Program-made: the position numbers and the translations under genes
NCBI GenBank assembly: GCA_030295235.1
Contig: AP026167.1
Span: 868,001-932,000, forward strand
Direction of reading: 5' to 3'
Source: Fistulifera solaris
Lineage: Eukaryota
Length of the DNA: 64,000 nucleotides
In this document: positions 11,101 to 23,129 of the stretch, piece by piece
Layout: the number at the start of each line of letters is the position of its first letter
How positions within the stretch are numbered: the stretch's first letter is position 1
Notes under the pieces: generated by a model
Seen by the model: only the letters and a program-made list of their open reading frames with translations
The model's database searches: none
What the model was told of the DNA's origin: nothing

Positions 11101-14100
11101 CAGCGGTGGGACCGATCCAGGTGTCGGCACTCCCTTCTCCCTGTGCTCCAGCTGCGGTCTGCGTTTATGAAATGGATCAATTTGGGGATTGCTTATCGGG
11201 TCCCAGTTTCAATTTTCTGTTTCCAGTGATACAGGCATATCTCATGGGGCCACGGACCGCGATTGGGTGCGACAAGGCGCTTGCTGTCTTGGAGCGGCAT
11301 ACGCAATTATTGCACGGTGATGGGAAGGATAATATTGTTTCAAGCAGACGGAAGGACATGGCCATCAGCGTACTGGAACTTTTGAAGCATGATCGATGCC
11401 AAACTTTTCAAAACCCCACTGCTTTCGAGACACTTGTGGCATGCTACAATGCTGATCTATCCACTTCACCTCTGACAACCGGAGAGCTAGCCCCACTTTT
11501 AGATGAAAGAGGATCTTTGGGAAAACAATACTGTAGATTGGGGTCTATGATGGCTCTTTGTCGTATTGCTGAGAATCACCCCAAACTGGTGAAATCCGAT
11601 CCTCTTGTTGAAAACAGAATTTGGTACAACTGCTTTGCCGATGATGAAGAGATCAAAAGGCAGCGAGAATGGCATGGGCCATTTGTGGAGGCAATTCTGA
11701 AGAAGAATCTCCTCACCCCCCTTCACCACTCTACGCCCCTATTTTGATCCCTCTTTTAAATCATCAGGACGAATCTATAGCAAAGGCGGCCGCTGAAGCG
11801 TTTGCTCATGCTCTAGCAGCTTATCCGAACTCCGTTGGTCGCACTGTTGAAATGCTTTGCAAAAACTATCTCGATGCTTTTCCTTCCGTCTCTGCTGAGA
11901 CAAATACGGAGTTGGTTGCAGCATCCAAAACGGCTGTTGCAGCTCCGAAATCTAAGCCAGTGGCTGTTACCAAATTGAAGGTTGCTCCCAAACCATCAGC
12001 TCTCGCCATAGCAGGTATTGGCAAGCCTAAAGTTGCGGTGAAGAAGAAATCGGCACTGAGTTCGGCGTTGCTTAAGCCGAGAGCCGAACGAACTCTTGAT
12101 CAGGCCGAGCTGGACAACCAATTCAAGCCCGCTTCTACTAAATTAAAAGTCCATGAAGAGAAGGACTCACCAGAAAAGGTTTCGATTCGCCTCGGTGTGC
12201 TTGGTGCACTCTCCGCAATCACTCGTCTACCCTTCCACTTTGAAATGGACGAGTTTACCTTAAAGCTTTTGACTTCATTTCTGATAGCATTCGGGTTGGC
12301 GGACAGTGATGAAACAGTAAAGAATGCTGCTCGGGACACTCTTCGAGACATTGTGGCCTCCAATGGCGACTCGGAAGAAACCATTGCATTTCTTCTTCCA
12401 CATTTAGAAGAGGTTCTTAAAACGGGTTCAACAAGTGCATCGATGTTGTCATCGCTTTCGACGGGCAAGATACCAAAAGACGTTTCTGCCTCCGATCGCC
12501 GCAAAGAAGGAGCCGTGGTTGCTCTTGGATCAGTCGCATTACATCTCAAAGGACCAGAAAATGACACAAAAATTGATAGCACAGTTGATATGCTAATTGG
12601 AGCCCTGAACACACCGAGTGAGGAAGTTCAAACTTCTGTTGCTGACGCCTTGACGAAGCTGATGAAAAAGGGGAACACACAGGATCGCATTGAGGACTTT
12701 TTGAACGACATCCTTCGAACGTGTTTGAACGGAAGCTCACTTGCTAGTAGACGAGGCGGAGCCTATGGTTTGTCGGCTGTGGTGAAAGGAAGTGGTATTA
12801 CTACCTTGAAAAAGTTTGATATTGTCAAACGTCTTGAAGAAGCGTGCTCTTCAGGATCTTCAAGCGAAAAGGAGGGATCGTTATTTGCTATCGAGTTACT
12901 AAGTAGCCGCCTCGGCTTACTTTTCGAGCCGTACGTTATAGTCCTGCTTCCATCATTACTCAGATCCTTTTCCGATAGTAATGATCATGTACGAAAAGCT
13001 GCGTCGAATACTGTGGGGGTAATCATGAGCAAGCTTTCGGCTCATGGAGTGAAACTTGTCCTGCCTGCTGTGTTGACAGCCTTCAATGATCCAGCTTGGC
13101 GCACCAAACAAGCATCTATCCATATGTTAGGTGCAATGAGTCATCTTGCCCCTAAACAACTTGCCTCCGCTTTGCCGAAGATCGTACCGAAATTGACCGA
13201 GGCTTTTTCTGATACACACCCCAAGGTAAAGACGAGCGCGCAAGAGGCACTTGACGAAATCAAGACGGTTGTCAAAAATCCCGAAGTATCACACATCAGC
13301 TCCACGTTGCTGAAAGCCTTGACAGATCCTGCAGACTATACTACCAAAGCTTTGGAGACACTTATAGAAACAGAGTTTCTTCACGCAATCGATGCACCGA
13401 GCTTGGCTCTCATTGTTCCCATATTGCATCGTGGTTTGAGAGACCGGGGTGCCACTACGAAGAGATACGCTGGGCTCATTGCTGGAAACATATCGACGAT
13501 GATCAATGATGCTAAGGATTTGGTACCATATCTGCCCACTCTGTTACCTGACTTGCAGGCAGCGCTGCTTGACCCGATCCCAGACGTTCGTAGCACATGT
13601 GGTAAAGCGCTGGGTTCATTGACTCGAAGCCTTGGGGAGCAAATTATTCTCGAAATACGACCGTGGCTCATTTCCAAACTACGAGACCCTTCTTGCAGCT
13701 CAGCTGAACGAAGTGGGGCGGCTCAGGGGTTGACTGAAGTGCTGATCGCTTCTGGCAGCAATGTAGTTGACGAGACAATCATTAACGAAATTCTTCCTCT
13801 GCGAAATCACCCCGAAGCGAGCACAAGGGAAGGAGTTTTGTGGATGCTTTCTTTCCTCCCTCCAGCGCTTGGACAAGGTTTCTCGCCATATATTGCAATA
13901 TCACTTCCCGCTTTAGTAGGGGGACTATCGGATGACAGCGAGCCGGTGAGGGAAGTAGCGCTTCGAGCTGGAAGAGTATTGATTCGAAGCCACGGCAAAG
14001 TTCATGTTGACAAAATCTTACCTAGTCTCGAAGAAGGACTTGTTAATGACGACCATCGTATTCGAATTGCCTCTCTCACTTTACTCGGAGACTTATTGAG

Positions 14101-17075
14101 TATGCTAGGTGGAACAACAATGGTGAAAGGCGATGGCGACACTCAAGATGATATAAGAAAGGCTGAGCGTGCGCAAGCACAAATCGCGCTTGCTCTGGGC
14201 CCTGATACGCGACGTCGAGTACTCAGCGAGTTATACATTGCTCGAAGTGATCCGGTTCATATGGTACGGCAAATCGCTCTTCAAGTCTGGAAGACAGTCG
14301 TGAGTGTGACGGCACGCTCATTGAGAGACATCCTTCCTGCTCTAGTGTCTAAGATTATCAGCAACCTAGCTAGCGGACATCCTGAACGAACTGTGGTGGC
14401 TGGGAGAAGTCTGGGTGATGTTGTGAGCAAGCTTGGTGATTCTGTGTTGCCCCAAATCATGCCAGTTTTAAGGAACACTTTACGCGATGGCGATGAAAAT
14501 ACGAAGTGCGGGGTATGTGTCGGTCTTTCCGAGGTCATTAAATGCTCGACAAAAGAGCAAATTCTTCGTTTCATCGAAATTATTGTTAAAGTTGTACAGG
14601 ATGCTCTTTCTGACGAATCACCAAGAGTTCAAAAAATGGCCGCGTCAAGCTTTCAAAGCCTTTATGTGGTGGTTGGCAGTCGTGCATTCGATGAGGTTGT
14701 TCCATCCTTAATGGTTGCACTTGAAAACGATGAGGCCGACGAAGATTCGAGATCGCGTGCTTTGAATGGACTGACCGGCATTTTGAGTGTCCGAAGTAAG
14801 GAACTCCTTCCATACTTGATTCCGCGTCTAATCCGGAGACCCATAACGGCGAACCACGCCAGAGCCTTGGGCGGAATTGCTGCTGTCACAGGTGGTACCA
14901 TACATACATCATTCTCTCAAATTATCCCTCCTCTGCTGACGGAATTGTCAGAGCTAGAAGACGACGACGAACGAAAGAATGTTTTAATTGATTGTGTCTC
15001 TTCGATATGCGCAAATGTAGACTCGTCTGGTATCAATTTGCTTGTCAGCGAGATAGCTGGAAAAACGAGCAGCGACAAGCCCAGTCTGCGTCGAGAATCG
15101 TGCCGTATGCTAGAAATCACTATCTCAGAGCGTAAGTACATTATTGGTGCAGATAGCGGCGTTGGGGCGTGAATGATGAAAGACAAAGTGAACTCCAGTG
15201 GTTCTTCCGTGAGAGTGTTCTACTATGAGATTTCTGTCTGACACGCAGTGATGACTTGTTCGAGCATATACATATTGTTGACATGTTGCTAACTTCTTTG
15301 ATTTGAATTCCGATTTTGGTAGGCGCCGAGAAAGCTGACTACTATGAGCAAATTCCCATAATGATTCGTGAGATGGTTTATCGTTTAAATGACGACGATG
15401 CCTCAGTGTTAAAGGCAAACCATGCAGCGTGGGTGGCTCTAACCAAATGTGTTCCTGCAGAGGAACTTGTTCAAAATGTTGAATTTCTGAGAAACTTGCT
15501 AGCTAGCACGGTAAGCGACGCCCGGAGAAGGAAGGGAGGCGTCGGAGATGGCGAATTCTTATTACCTGGTTTTAATATGGCACATGGTACGTCAACTTTG
15601 AATTTAATCTGTTTTCGAGAGAATATGATGAAAAGACATGCCCGACCTTATGTGTGGGGGATCTTTTACGATTAGTCTTGCTGATTCAGCGCTTCGAGAT
15701 TGACGCTATCCCAAACGACCAGTGAAACAATATTCTAACGTCAAAATGTTTTTAATGACTCAGGTCTCGAACCACTCATACCAATTTACCAACGAGGAAT
15801 TCTTTACGGTAACCCAAATATTCGAGAAGTTTCAGCGACTGCTCTTGGGGAAGCCATCAGTATCACATCTGCCAAATTTTTGGCGGGGCCTATGATTGTG
15901 AAAATGACTGGTCCACTTCTTCGCATTGTCGGTGATAGGAACCCATCCAATGTCAAGACGTCAATACTGAAAACTCTTGGCTTAGTTCTAACAAAGGGCG
16001 GACCCGCATTGCGTGCTTTTGTCCCTCAGTTTCAAACAACGTGAGTACAATCGTGCTGGATGTGTATTGTTGAAAACGGGGTCTAAACGTTCCCTGCAGA
16101 TTCGTCAAAGCTTTATCCGACCCATCGCGGCAAGTACGAGTTGAAGCAATTGCAGCCTTGTCTCTGCTAATGCCTTTGTCGACGCGGGTCGATCCACTGA
16201 TTAAGGAACTGGTGTCTGGTTCATTAGGCAAATCGATCGCATTAGAAGATGGCGTGGCCGCTGCTGCAGTGCAAACGGCAACTTTAGAAGCTTTAGCAGC
16301 TGTTTTGAAAATGGGCGGCGACAAAGCTAAGCTTCCAGCAAGTATTCCATCGGCGCTAGAAGCGGCTAAGGAGTTGGTCTTCAATGCTTCGGACAAAGGT
16401 ATTCGTAATAGTGCATCGAAAGTAATTGGAGAATCTTGCAAATTGCTTGGAGTAGAAGTCACCTTGGAAGTCATGAAAGATGACATTCTCCCGTCATGTA
16501 CCAAAGATGCTGAGATGCGCCATGGCGCAGCATGCGCTATACGCCGCATCATGTCATCTGGTATAGGCCCTGACTTGTCACCGATTTCTAATGAGTTGCT
16601 GCGCACCACAACGAAAATGCTCGATGATCCAGTTGATTCTGTGCGACAAGCAGCTGTCGTAGCTTTGTTGGCAACTATCGGAGGCTCGGACAATAAAAGA
16701 TCGAATTTTCAGTCAAGTGAAACAGCATTGTTGAAGATTATGAACAACTCGCGTGAAACGTTGGATATGCTTATTTCTGTCGGTCGCGGATTTTGCGTTG
16801 CACTCATCCTTATAGGTCCTTCTCATCGAATAGACACCATGGGTATTCCCTTGATTGACGCCTGTGTGAAAATGGCCATGAGTGGTGCACAAAAAGTACA
16901 ATTTGCATTCAATGATGTTTTGTGGCTTGTTCTTGATGTTGCCGGTGGACAGAGCGGGTTGGATAAATATTCCAGAATGACGGAGTTTGAGAATGTCCGT
17001 GCCGTGAAAAGCCTTGAGTCAAACGTTTTGAGTCGCATTAAGGAAGTTTCGGTATCGAAGGACTGGATCAGTTGA
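8146..17075 (+). CDS. GCN1: GCN1 translational activator (HEAT repeats), multi-exon, with two apparent frameshifts
   Basis: RRGGAYGL, LFEPYV, KLSAHGVKLVLP, WRTKQAS, LTEAFSDTHPKV, IDAPSLALIVPIL, DPIPDVR, TGPLLRIVGD, FVPQFQTTFVKAL. GT-AG introns 8339-8425, 15132-15322, 15587-15763 and 16041-16099 join in frame; frameshifts near 10730 (T5A10 run) and ~11665. Confidence 0.95.
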
Positions 17076-17295
17076 TGCGCGGTTAATAGTTATTTAAAGC
17101 TTTTTCAAAAGTACTATTTACTCTAAAATCTATAGACTTGCAAATGAACGTTCGAAATTGTGGCAGGTTAAGCGACACGGCTCTCTGGAAGATTAGCGTT
17201 CAAATATCTGTGCCGAAAGCTCGTGCCTCGGCGTATTACTTTGCGCGGCACCGGCATTTCTACAATTGATAGGTTTATCGATCTTTGCGATCGTC

Positions 17296-18330
17296 TTATC
17301 CCAACAAAGATAAACTTAAGATAGAGTTTTGTATTTGATACTGAGGCGTCAGCATCAATGTCAGATTGTAATAGAAGGTTCCCGTGGGTTGCATGGTACG
17401 CCCCGTCAATATGACTAGTGTTTGACAGTTTCCACAGTCTTGTGAAGTCCAGCCTTGACATTCCCAAAATGGCTGTTGTAAAGCTTTCCATTGCTGACTA
17501 CGTTCTTCGGGACTCGAGCAAAGCGCATGAGCTTGGCCAACCATTAAAGTCGACGGAGCTCGTTCCAAATAAAACGCCAACCATTGATCAATCTCTCCTT
17601 TGGTTAACGCCTGAATGAAAGTCGTTGCTACATGAGCGCTGAGATTGACAGTATTGACCGGATCGGTTGGGAATGAATGTAAATTGGGTTGCGGCGGGGA
17701 CTCGGTAGAAGTCGACGAGGTCGACGAGAGCGAAACTTGCGCCGGAGCTCTTTCCGACTTTAGCGCGGAGGTAGGTGAGTTGCCGTCTATCATTTTCGAA
17801 ATTATTTGCGAATCATAGGGAAGAGAGTCGCTGTTTCTAGGAGACGAAACTTCTGAAAAGGTAAACCCGGGGGGAGGGGCCGGATGGAGACTACCGCTGC
17901 TTCGTTGGCTTATATTGGGCGTTTCCTCTGCCTCTTGCTTTGTGTCTCTATTTTCGCTGTGTATTGATTCACTACAGTTATGATTTGAGTCACTCATATC
18001 GTCGTTAGCGAGCGACTGATTGCGGGAAACTCCTAAATCGTCGAGGATAGAATCATCGTGCTGCTTTACTTTCTTTCTTCGTTCCTTCTTTTGCTGCTTA
18101 AACATTTCCCAGAGTCGCTCTTTCTCGTGCTCCCCAAACCGCGGTAATTGATTTCCTGTCACAGGAAGTTGCCAGACTATCTTCTTTTTCTTATTAAGCC
18201 GAGGAGGAAAGTTCGTAGCATTGACTTGCAATGTATCAACAACTTGCCCTCGACGCAGGACTTCGATTTCCCACGTCAAGGTTTCGCTTTCCTCGAGCAA
18301 GCGCGGTACAGAAAAACAATGAGTATCCAT
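17296..18330 (-). CDS. Hypothetical protein with low-complexity middle and possible NTF2-like C-terminal domain
   Basis: 344-aa ORF; C-terminus (ATTFIQ...FY...STL...LVILTG...YQIQNSILSL) resembles an NTF2 fold. Confidence 0.7.
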   Translation of the reverse strand: MDTHCFSVPRLLEESETLTWEIEVLRRGQVVDTLQVNATNFPPRLNKKKKIVWQLPVTGNQLPRFGEHEKERLWEMFKQQKKERRKKVKQHDDSILDDLGVSRNQSLANDDMSDSNHNCSESIHSENRDTKQEAEETPNISQRSSGSLHPAPPPGFTFSEVSSPRNSDSLPYDSQIISKMIDGNSPTSALKSERAPAQVSLSSTSSTSTESPPQPNLHSFPTDPVNTVNLSAHVATTFIQALTKGEIDQWLAFYLERAPSTLMVGQAHALCSSPEERSQQWKALQQPFWECQGWTSQDCGNCQTLVILTGRTMQPTGTFYYNLTLMLTPQYQIQNSILSLSLLG

Positions 18331-20331
18331 ATTCGAAGAGAAAGACTAGTTGAAGTGTAGAGAGGTGAAGCAATTCAAAAATAATTGAATGACAATGGTA
18401 AGGAGCTTTCGCAAACTATTAAAATGTTACATGGGGCATTTTTATCCCTACATTTTTGACGAAGGACAGACGGTACATGGCGCTAAGCATGCATCGCGCA
18501 TCGCAAAGGACGCAACGCACAAACCACTGCATCGTATATCGTGTCTCGGGCACCGTTTGCAGTCGTGGAAAATAAAGACCAAACTATCGATCTCTGCTTT
18601 TAGTAAATAGGGAATCTGGCGACTGACTAAACGAGGAACAAGTACGATGCCGTCATGCGCTTCTAGAGAGGTATTTTTGTAGTTTTTGGTGATTGTTCGG
18701 AAAAACGGAAAAATCGGCACGAATGAAACGAGTCCCGGTTACAAGAAGGAAGGACGCAAGTCTCATGGGGGTGCGTTTGGTTGAGGAGATAGCGCGCTGT
18801 TGTTGCTTCTGTCACTTCTATGAGACAATCTGGCAAATACGGAATTCATTCATTTTATTATGGTAGTTTGAAGTCCATTAGTGAGACTCTAGTGATTGAA
18901 ATAGTATTATTATCAACATTTAAAATCATTGAGAATTTTACACCGCTAAATGATTTTTGGCTCCGAAAATAAAAGGGAACATTGGAAACGTAGCCAGTAG
19001 ACTTTACCAACTATCAGTTCCAATGAAACTGTTCCCACGAAAGGAGAACGAACAGAGATCAAGTAGCCGTCTGGCTAGAACTTTTTTGACTCATGACTGA
19101 AAGGCAGTCATGGCGACAACAGGGAGTGAAGAGACGTCTATCTAGCTATTTCCTCTTGTCTTTACGATCATACCGAGTAAAAAAATTTAGAGAGGCCTAC
19201 CCTAGATAGAGAGAGACAGCGTCGATGGGAAAGAAAGCCGATTGCCTTGTACGGCGTACGGCGTACGGCGAGCCTCGAGTCAATCATCTATCTCTCTTTC
19301 TCCTAGAGACTGAGATAGAGAGTTTTACTTGACACCCAACACTATCATTTTCGTCATGTTGAAGTCACCGTGCTTTGCAGTCAATAGGTCAATACTTTGT
19401 AGTCTCTACTTTGTATTGATTGGTAAAGTTTTCGAGAAGGAGCCTTCGAAGTTATTATGGTACTCGGAAGTTATTTTGGTACTCGGGGACGCGTAGAATG
19501 GACAAATGAAGATGAGAAGTCGAGACTCTCTCTAGAAACTCATGAAACCGTTCCTCTAGCAGCTGGCAGTGGAAACTTGCAATCGGTTTCAATAATTACT
19601 AGTGTAGACTCGGTACTCTTACACGTTATTCCTTCGTCCTTCGTCCCAACTCAGAACTCAGAGGAGTCAATCTCTAATTTCTAATTTACTCCGTAGTTTT
19701 TTAGTCCCAAGTCGAAATCGAACGGCAAACGGCAAAATACTTTGTACAATAAGAGAAACGACAAATAGCAAACGGCAACGGCCAACATCGCATGTCGCTC
19801 GTCGAACAAGTGGCCCTTATAAACTTTTTAACCACTCCTTGTTGGAGCACGGAGCACGGTACTACATACGAGAAGGGTTGAAGACAATTTCTTATGATCT
19901 ACGCTTCAAGATGTACTCGAACTCGAACCTCGAACATTATTATTTTTCGTTTTGTTCTTACCTACCCACTTTGGAAAGACAGAAACAAAACAACAAGTAA
20001 AATAGCAAAAGTAAAGGGGAAGTCGAAAGTCCGAAGTCCGAAGTAACTACCCCGCAGTATTGCCAATTGCCTGTTGCACTTAGCTCTTGAACAGCATCTT
20101 CAACGTGTTCTTCACTCGTGGCCTCATGGCTCATGGCTGTAAGTTTACCTGTGAAAATCGACGTCGTCCTTTGTCCTTTATGTTTCATGGCCACTTGTCG
20201 TTACCGCTGATAATTATTTGGTTCCGAGAACGTTCGACTGCAAGGTGACTGCAAGAGCCTATGCAAACAATTTACCAACTGCAGGATAAAGCTTCCGTAC
20301 CCATCATTGTATCTATCGGCCTCTACCAGCC

Positions 20332-21532
20332 ATGAGAAGGAATACTATTACATCAGAAAGCAAACGGCCAGAAAGCAAACGCGCAAAGGTCGAACAAAAC
20401 CCACCGCCAAGCAGTCCGTCAGATCAGAATACTGCTCTGGTTGAAAGTCTTAGGGGACAAAATGCTGCTTTTACTCATAGTACAAGCCTTGCTTTGATGA
20501 ACTTGTTCCCTATCAACCCTCAAGTCACTCACATTCCAACTAGCGTACGGCACAACACGGGCTTTGGTTTACTTCAGCGCACAGGACAGCCAATGCCCAT
20601 CGATCAAACCAAGAAGAACACGCTTGGCTCGCAAGACGACCTTTTACGGATTTTTTCTGATTGAGCAACAGCTTCGATCTTCGCCTTCTGGTTACACTAG
20701 TAATTTACCGAGGACCTCGCTCGTCCATGCGACTGGCTTGATCGACCCTTCAAGTCCACACAATTTCGCCCGGCTGAATTGTCTAGAATCATCAAGGAAT
20801 CTTTCCGCTACCGATGCTCAGCACTTAATGGACCGTTTGCTCGCACTTCCACTGCAAAGAAACATCGAAAGACTGAACGGATCCGTACTTGGCACGGAAC
20901 TATCCCATCTCAATGGCTTGCGGCGACTTCCTTTGCCGACGTCTCCTGCGGCACAGTTGAACGAACGTATCCAGTCTCATCTCCTCGTTACACTTAACCC
21001 AGACATCCGCGCACCTATAGCTAGAACCCCGATAAATTCTCCGAAAGGCTTCATAGGCCGCAGCCAAGAAGGCGACCATCTCTTCATTCTGGCCATGGAC
21101 TCAGAACACTTGGTAATGTCAGAATATCAATCTTTGCTGCGACAACAGATTGTCTTTGTTGAATCCACAGCTTCTGCTAGTAATAACAATGGTAAAACTC
21201 AGGGGCGAAATAAGCCCATCGTCAGTGGCCAAGTGGGGATACTCTGTCGACACTGCGCTAGCCTGCCGCCCGAAGAGCGCCCCCGTGGTGCTATCTACTA
21301 CCCCGCCAAACTAAACCGAATTTACCAAGCTGCCCAAAATATGTCACACAATCATTTTGCGTCGAGCTGTCTTCGCATTCCCGAGGAGACTAGACAAAAA
21401 CTATTGTCCCCAAAAGAAAAGAAGTCAGCAACAGTCGGCGCAGGGAAAGAGTATTGGTATACGGCTGCAATGAATGTCGGTATTCGCGAAGGGGAAGATA
21501 GTCTATACTTTTGCAAACAAACACTAAATTAA
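20332..21532 (+). CDS. Diatom-type protein with C-terminal GQVGILCRHC domain (one apparent frameshift near 20645)
   Basis: ORFs 20332-20664 and 20564-21532 overlap across T-runs; SEYQSLLRQQI, GQVGILCRHC, RGAIYYP, IYQAAQNM, GKEYW motifs of an expanded diatom family. Confidence 0.8.
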
Positions 21533-22389
21533 ATTGATTAGACGTTTTGAAGGATTGTTTGCTTGTGTTGAAAGGCAGCAATGTTGACAAGTTCGGTGGA
21601 TGATAACAATACTCAAAAGGTTCATTTCCTTTTCCTACTCTAGAGAGAGGGTTCCGTGACTGTACACTGCAAATTACTTGTAGTTGACTGTTCAATTTGG
21701 AACCTTCTCTCTCGTAGAGCTTTGATGCTAGCTCAGATGCTGTTTTTTGTCTTTCGCCTTAGCATTTAGCATCCAGTGTCATACCACGTAGATCATAGTA
21801 TTAGCTTTGGAGCTTTGGACTTCGAACACAGTGAAAACAGAAATTGGAAATCATTACTTGATGAGTGATCTATAATTCCGACATCTCATGCGTCATGGTT
21901 CATGGTGCACAAGTCACGAACCACGAACCACTCAATACTCTATACCTGGTACTCTCTATAGTTTCGGGCCCCATCCTCAAATCACAAATGCGAACCGTCA
22001 ACGATTTTGAGCCAATCACATCACTTCGTTGCAACTGGCGTAAGAAGTGACAGTAAGCCATCCTCCCGAAATTACGTACCCCGGAGTTCGGAGTATTTCA
22101 AAACGCGAAAATGAGACTCATTTTGTGACAAAGGTGTGACAAATGAGAACGCTTCCGATGGCAAGAAACGGATAAAAACGAAAAGCAACAACGAACAAAC
22201 GTAAAACGTATGTGTTACAAATGAGAACATCTTCCATTCAGCATTCAGCACCCGAAATCGCAAGAAACCCCGTGCAAGGTATCAGTGATGGGTGATGGGC
22301 TTTCTATTATTCATTTTGTGTGAGCATCATATATGCTACATCGCTGATCCTGGAGGTACCAAAGCATAGCTAATTGGAAGAAAGTAACA

Positions 22390-22989
22390 ATGAAGAGAGT
22401 AGCAAGCTGCAATTCAAGCGACTCTGATGGTACTTGCTACAAACGAATGAAAATAAATACTGCAAAGGACAAGCAACCTGCCTTGGATTTACGAGCTCCC
22501 GAAACTACCCCAAACGGCCAGCTCTTGCTCAACCCAAATTTAACCAGGGACGAGGCTACTCTATTTGCTAAGAGGGAATACAACCGTCGGAATGCGGCTC
22601 GAGCCCGATACAGAACCAAGGGGCTCCAAGATACCCTACAACAGAAAGTCTATCGACTGGCACAGGACACGGAAAAGCTTCACAAAGAGAGAAAAGAACT
22701 TGAGAGATTGATTTCCGATTTACAGACACAGAACCGTCAGCTAATAGAAGACAGGACGACCTACGATAATCGAAACTCGTTCTCTTTTTGGGTCGACGCT
22801 GCTGTACCTAATCATTTGCTGTGGACAGCACCGAATGCCTCTCAGGATCGCCGGGAGTCTTCTCTCGTGCACAAACTGCAAGACATAAACCCGATAAATA
22901 GGGAACAGGTGGTGGCTGTCGACCCGCTCCGAACAGCTATCATGATTCTTGAATCCCTGTCACCCAAACTTCATCTTGGTTCCTTATGA
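22390..22989 (+). CDS. bZIP transcription factor
   Basis: Basic region KREYNRRNAARARYR followed by Leu heptads (L..LQQKVYRL..EKL..EL..DL..QL). Confidence 0.85.
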   Translation: MKRVASCNSSDSDGTCYKRMKINTAKDKQPALDLRAPETTPNGQLLLNPNLTRDEATLFAKREYNRRNAARARYRTKGLQDTLQQKVYRLAQDTEKLHKERKELERLISDLQTQNRQLIEDRTTYDNRNSFSFWVDAAVPNHLLWTAPNASQDRRESSLVHKLQDINPINREQVVAVDPLRTAIMILESLSPKLHLGSL

Positions 22990-23129
22990 AAAGTGAAAAG
23001 CCACTGCCAACATTGTACATCTATGAAATAACCAGCTTGAAGCTGTTCGCTTCGTGCCTTACGTAATAAAACATTCTTCTTCTTTAATTTGCTATTATCA
23101 GGTACATTGTTGAAAGGTCATTCAAGCAC

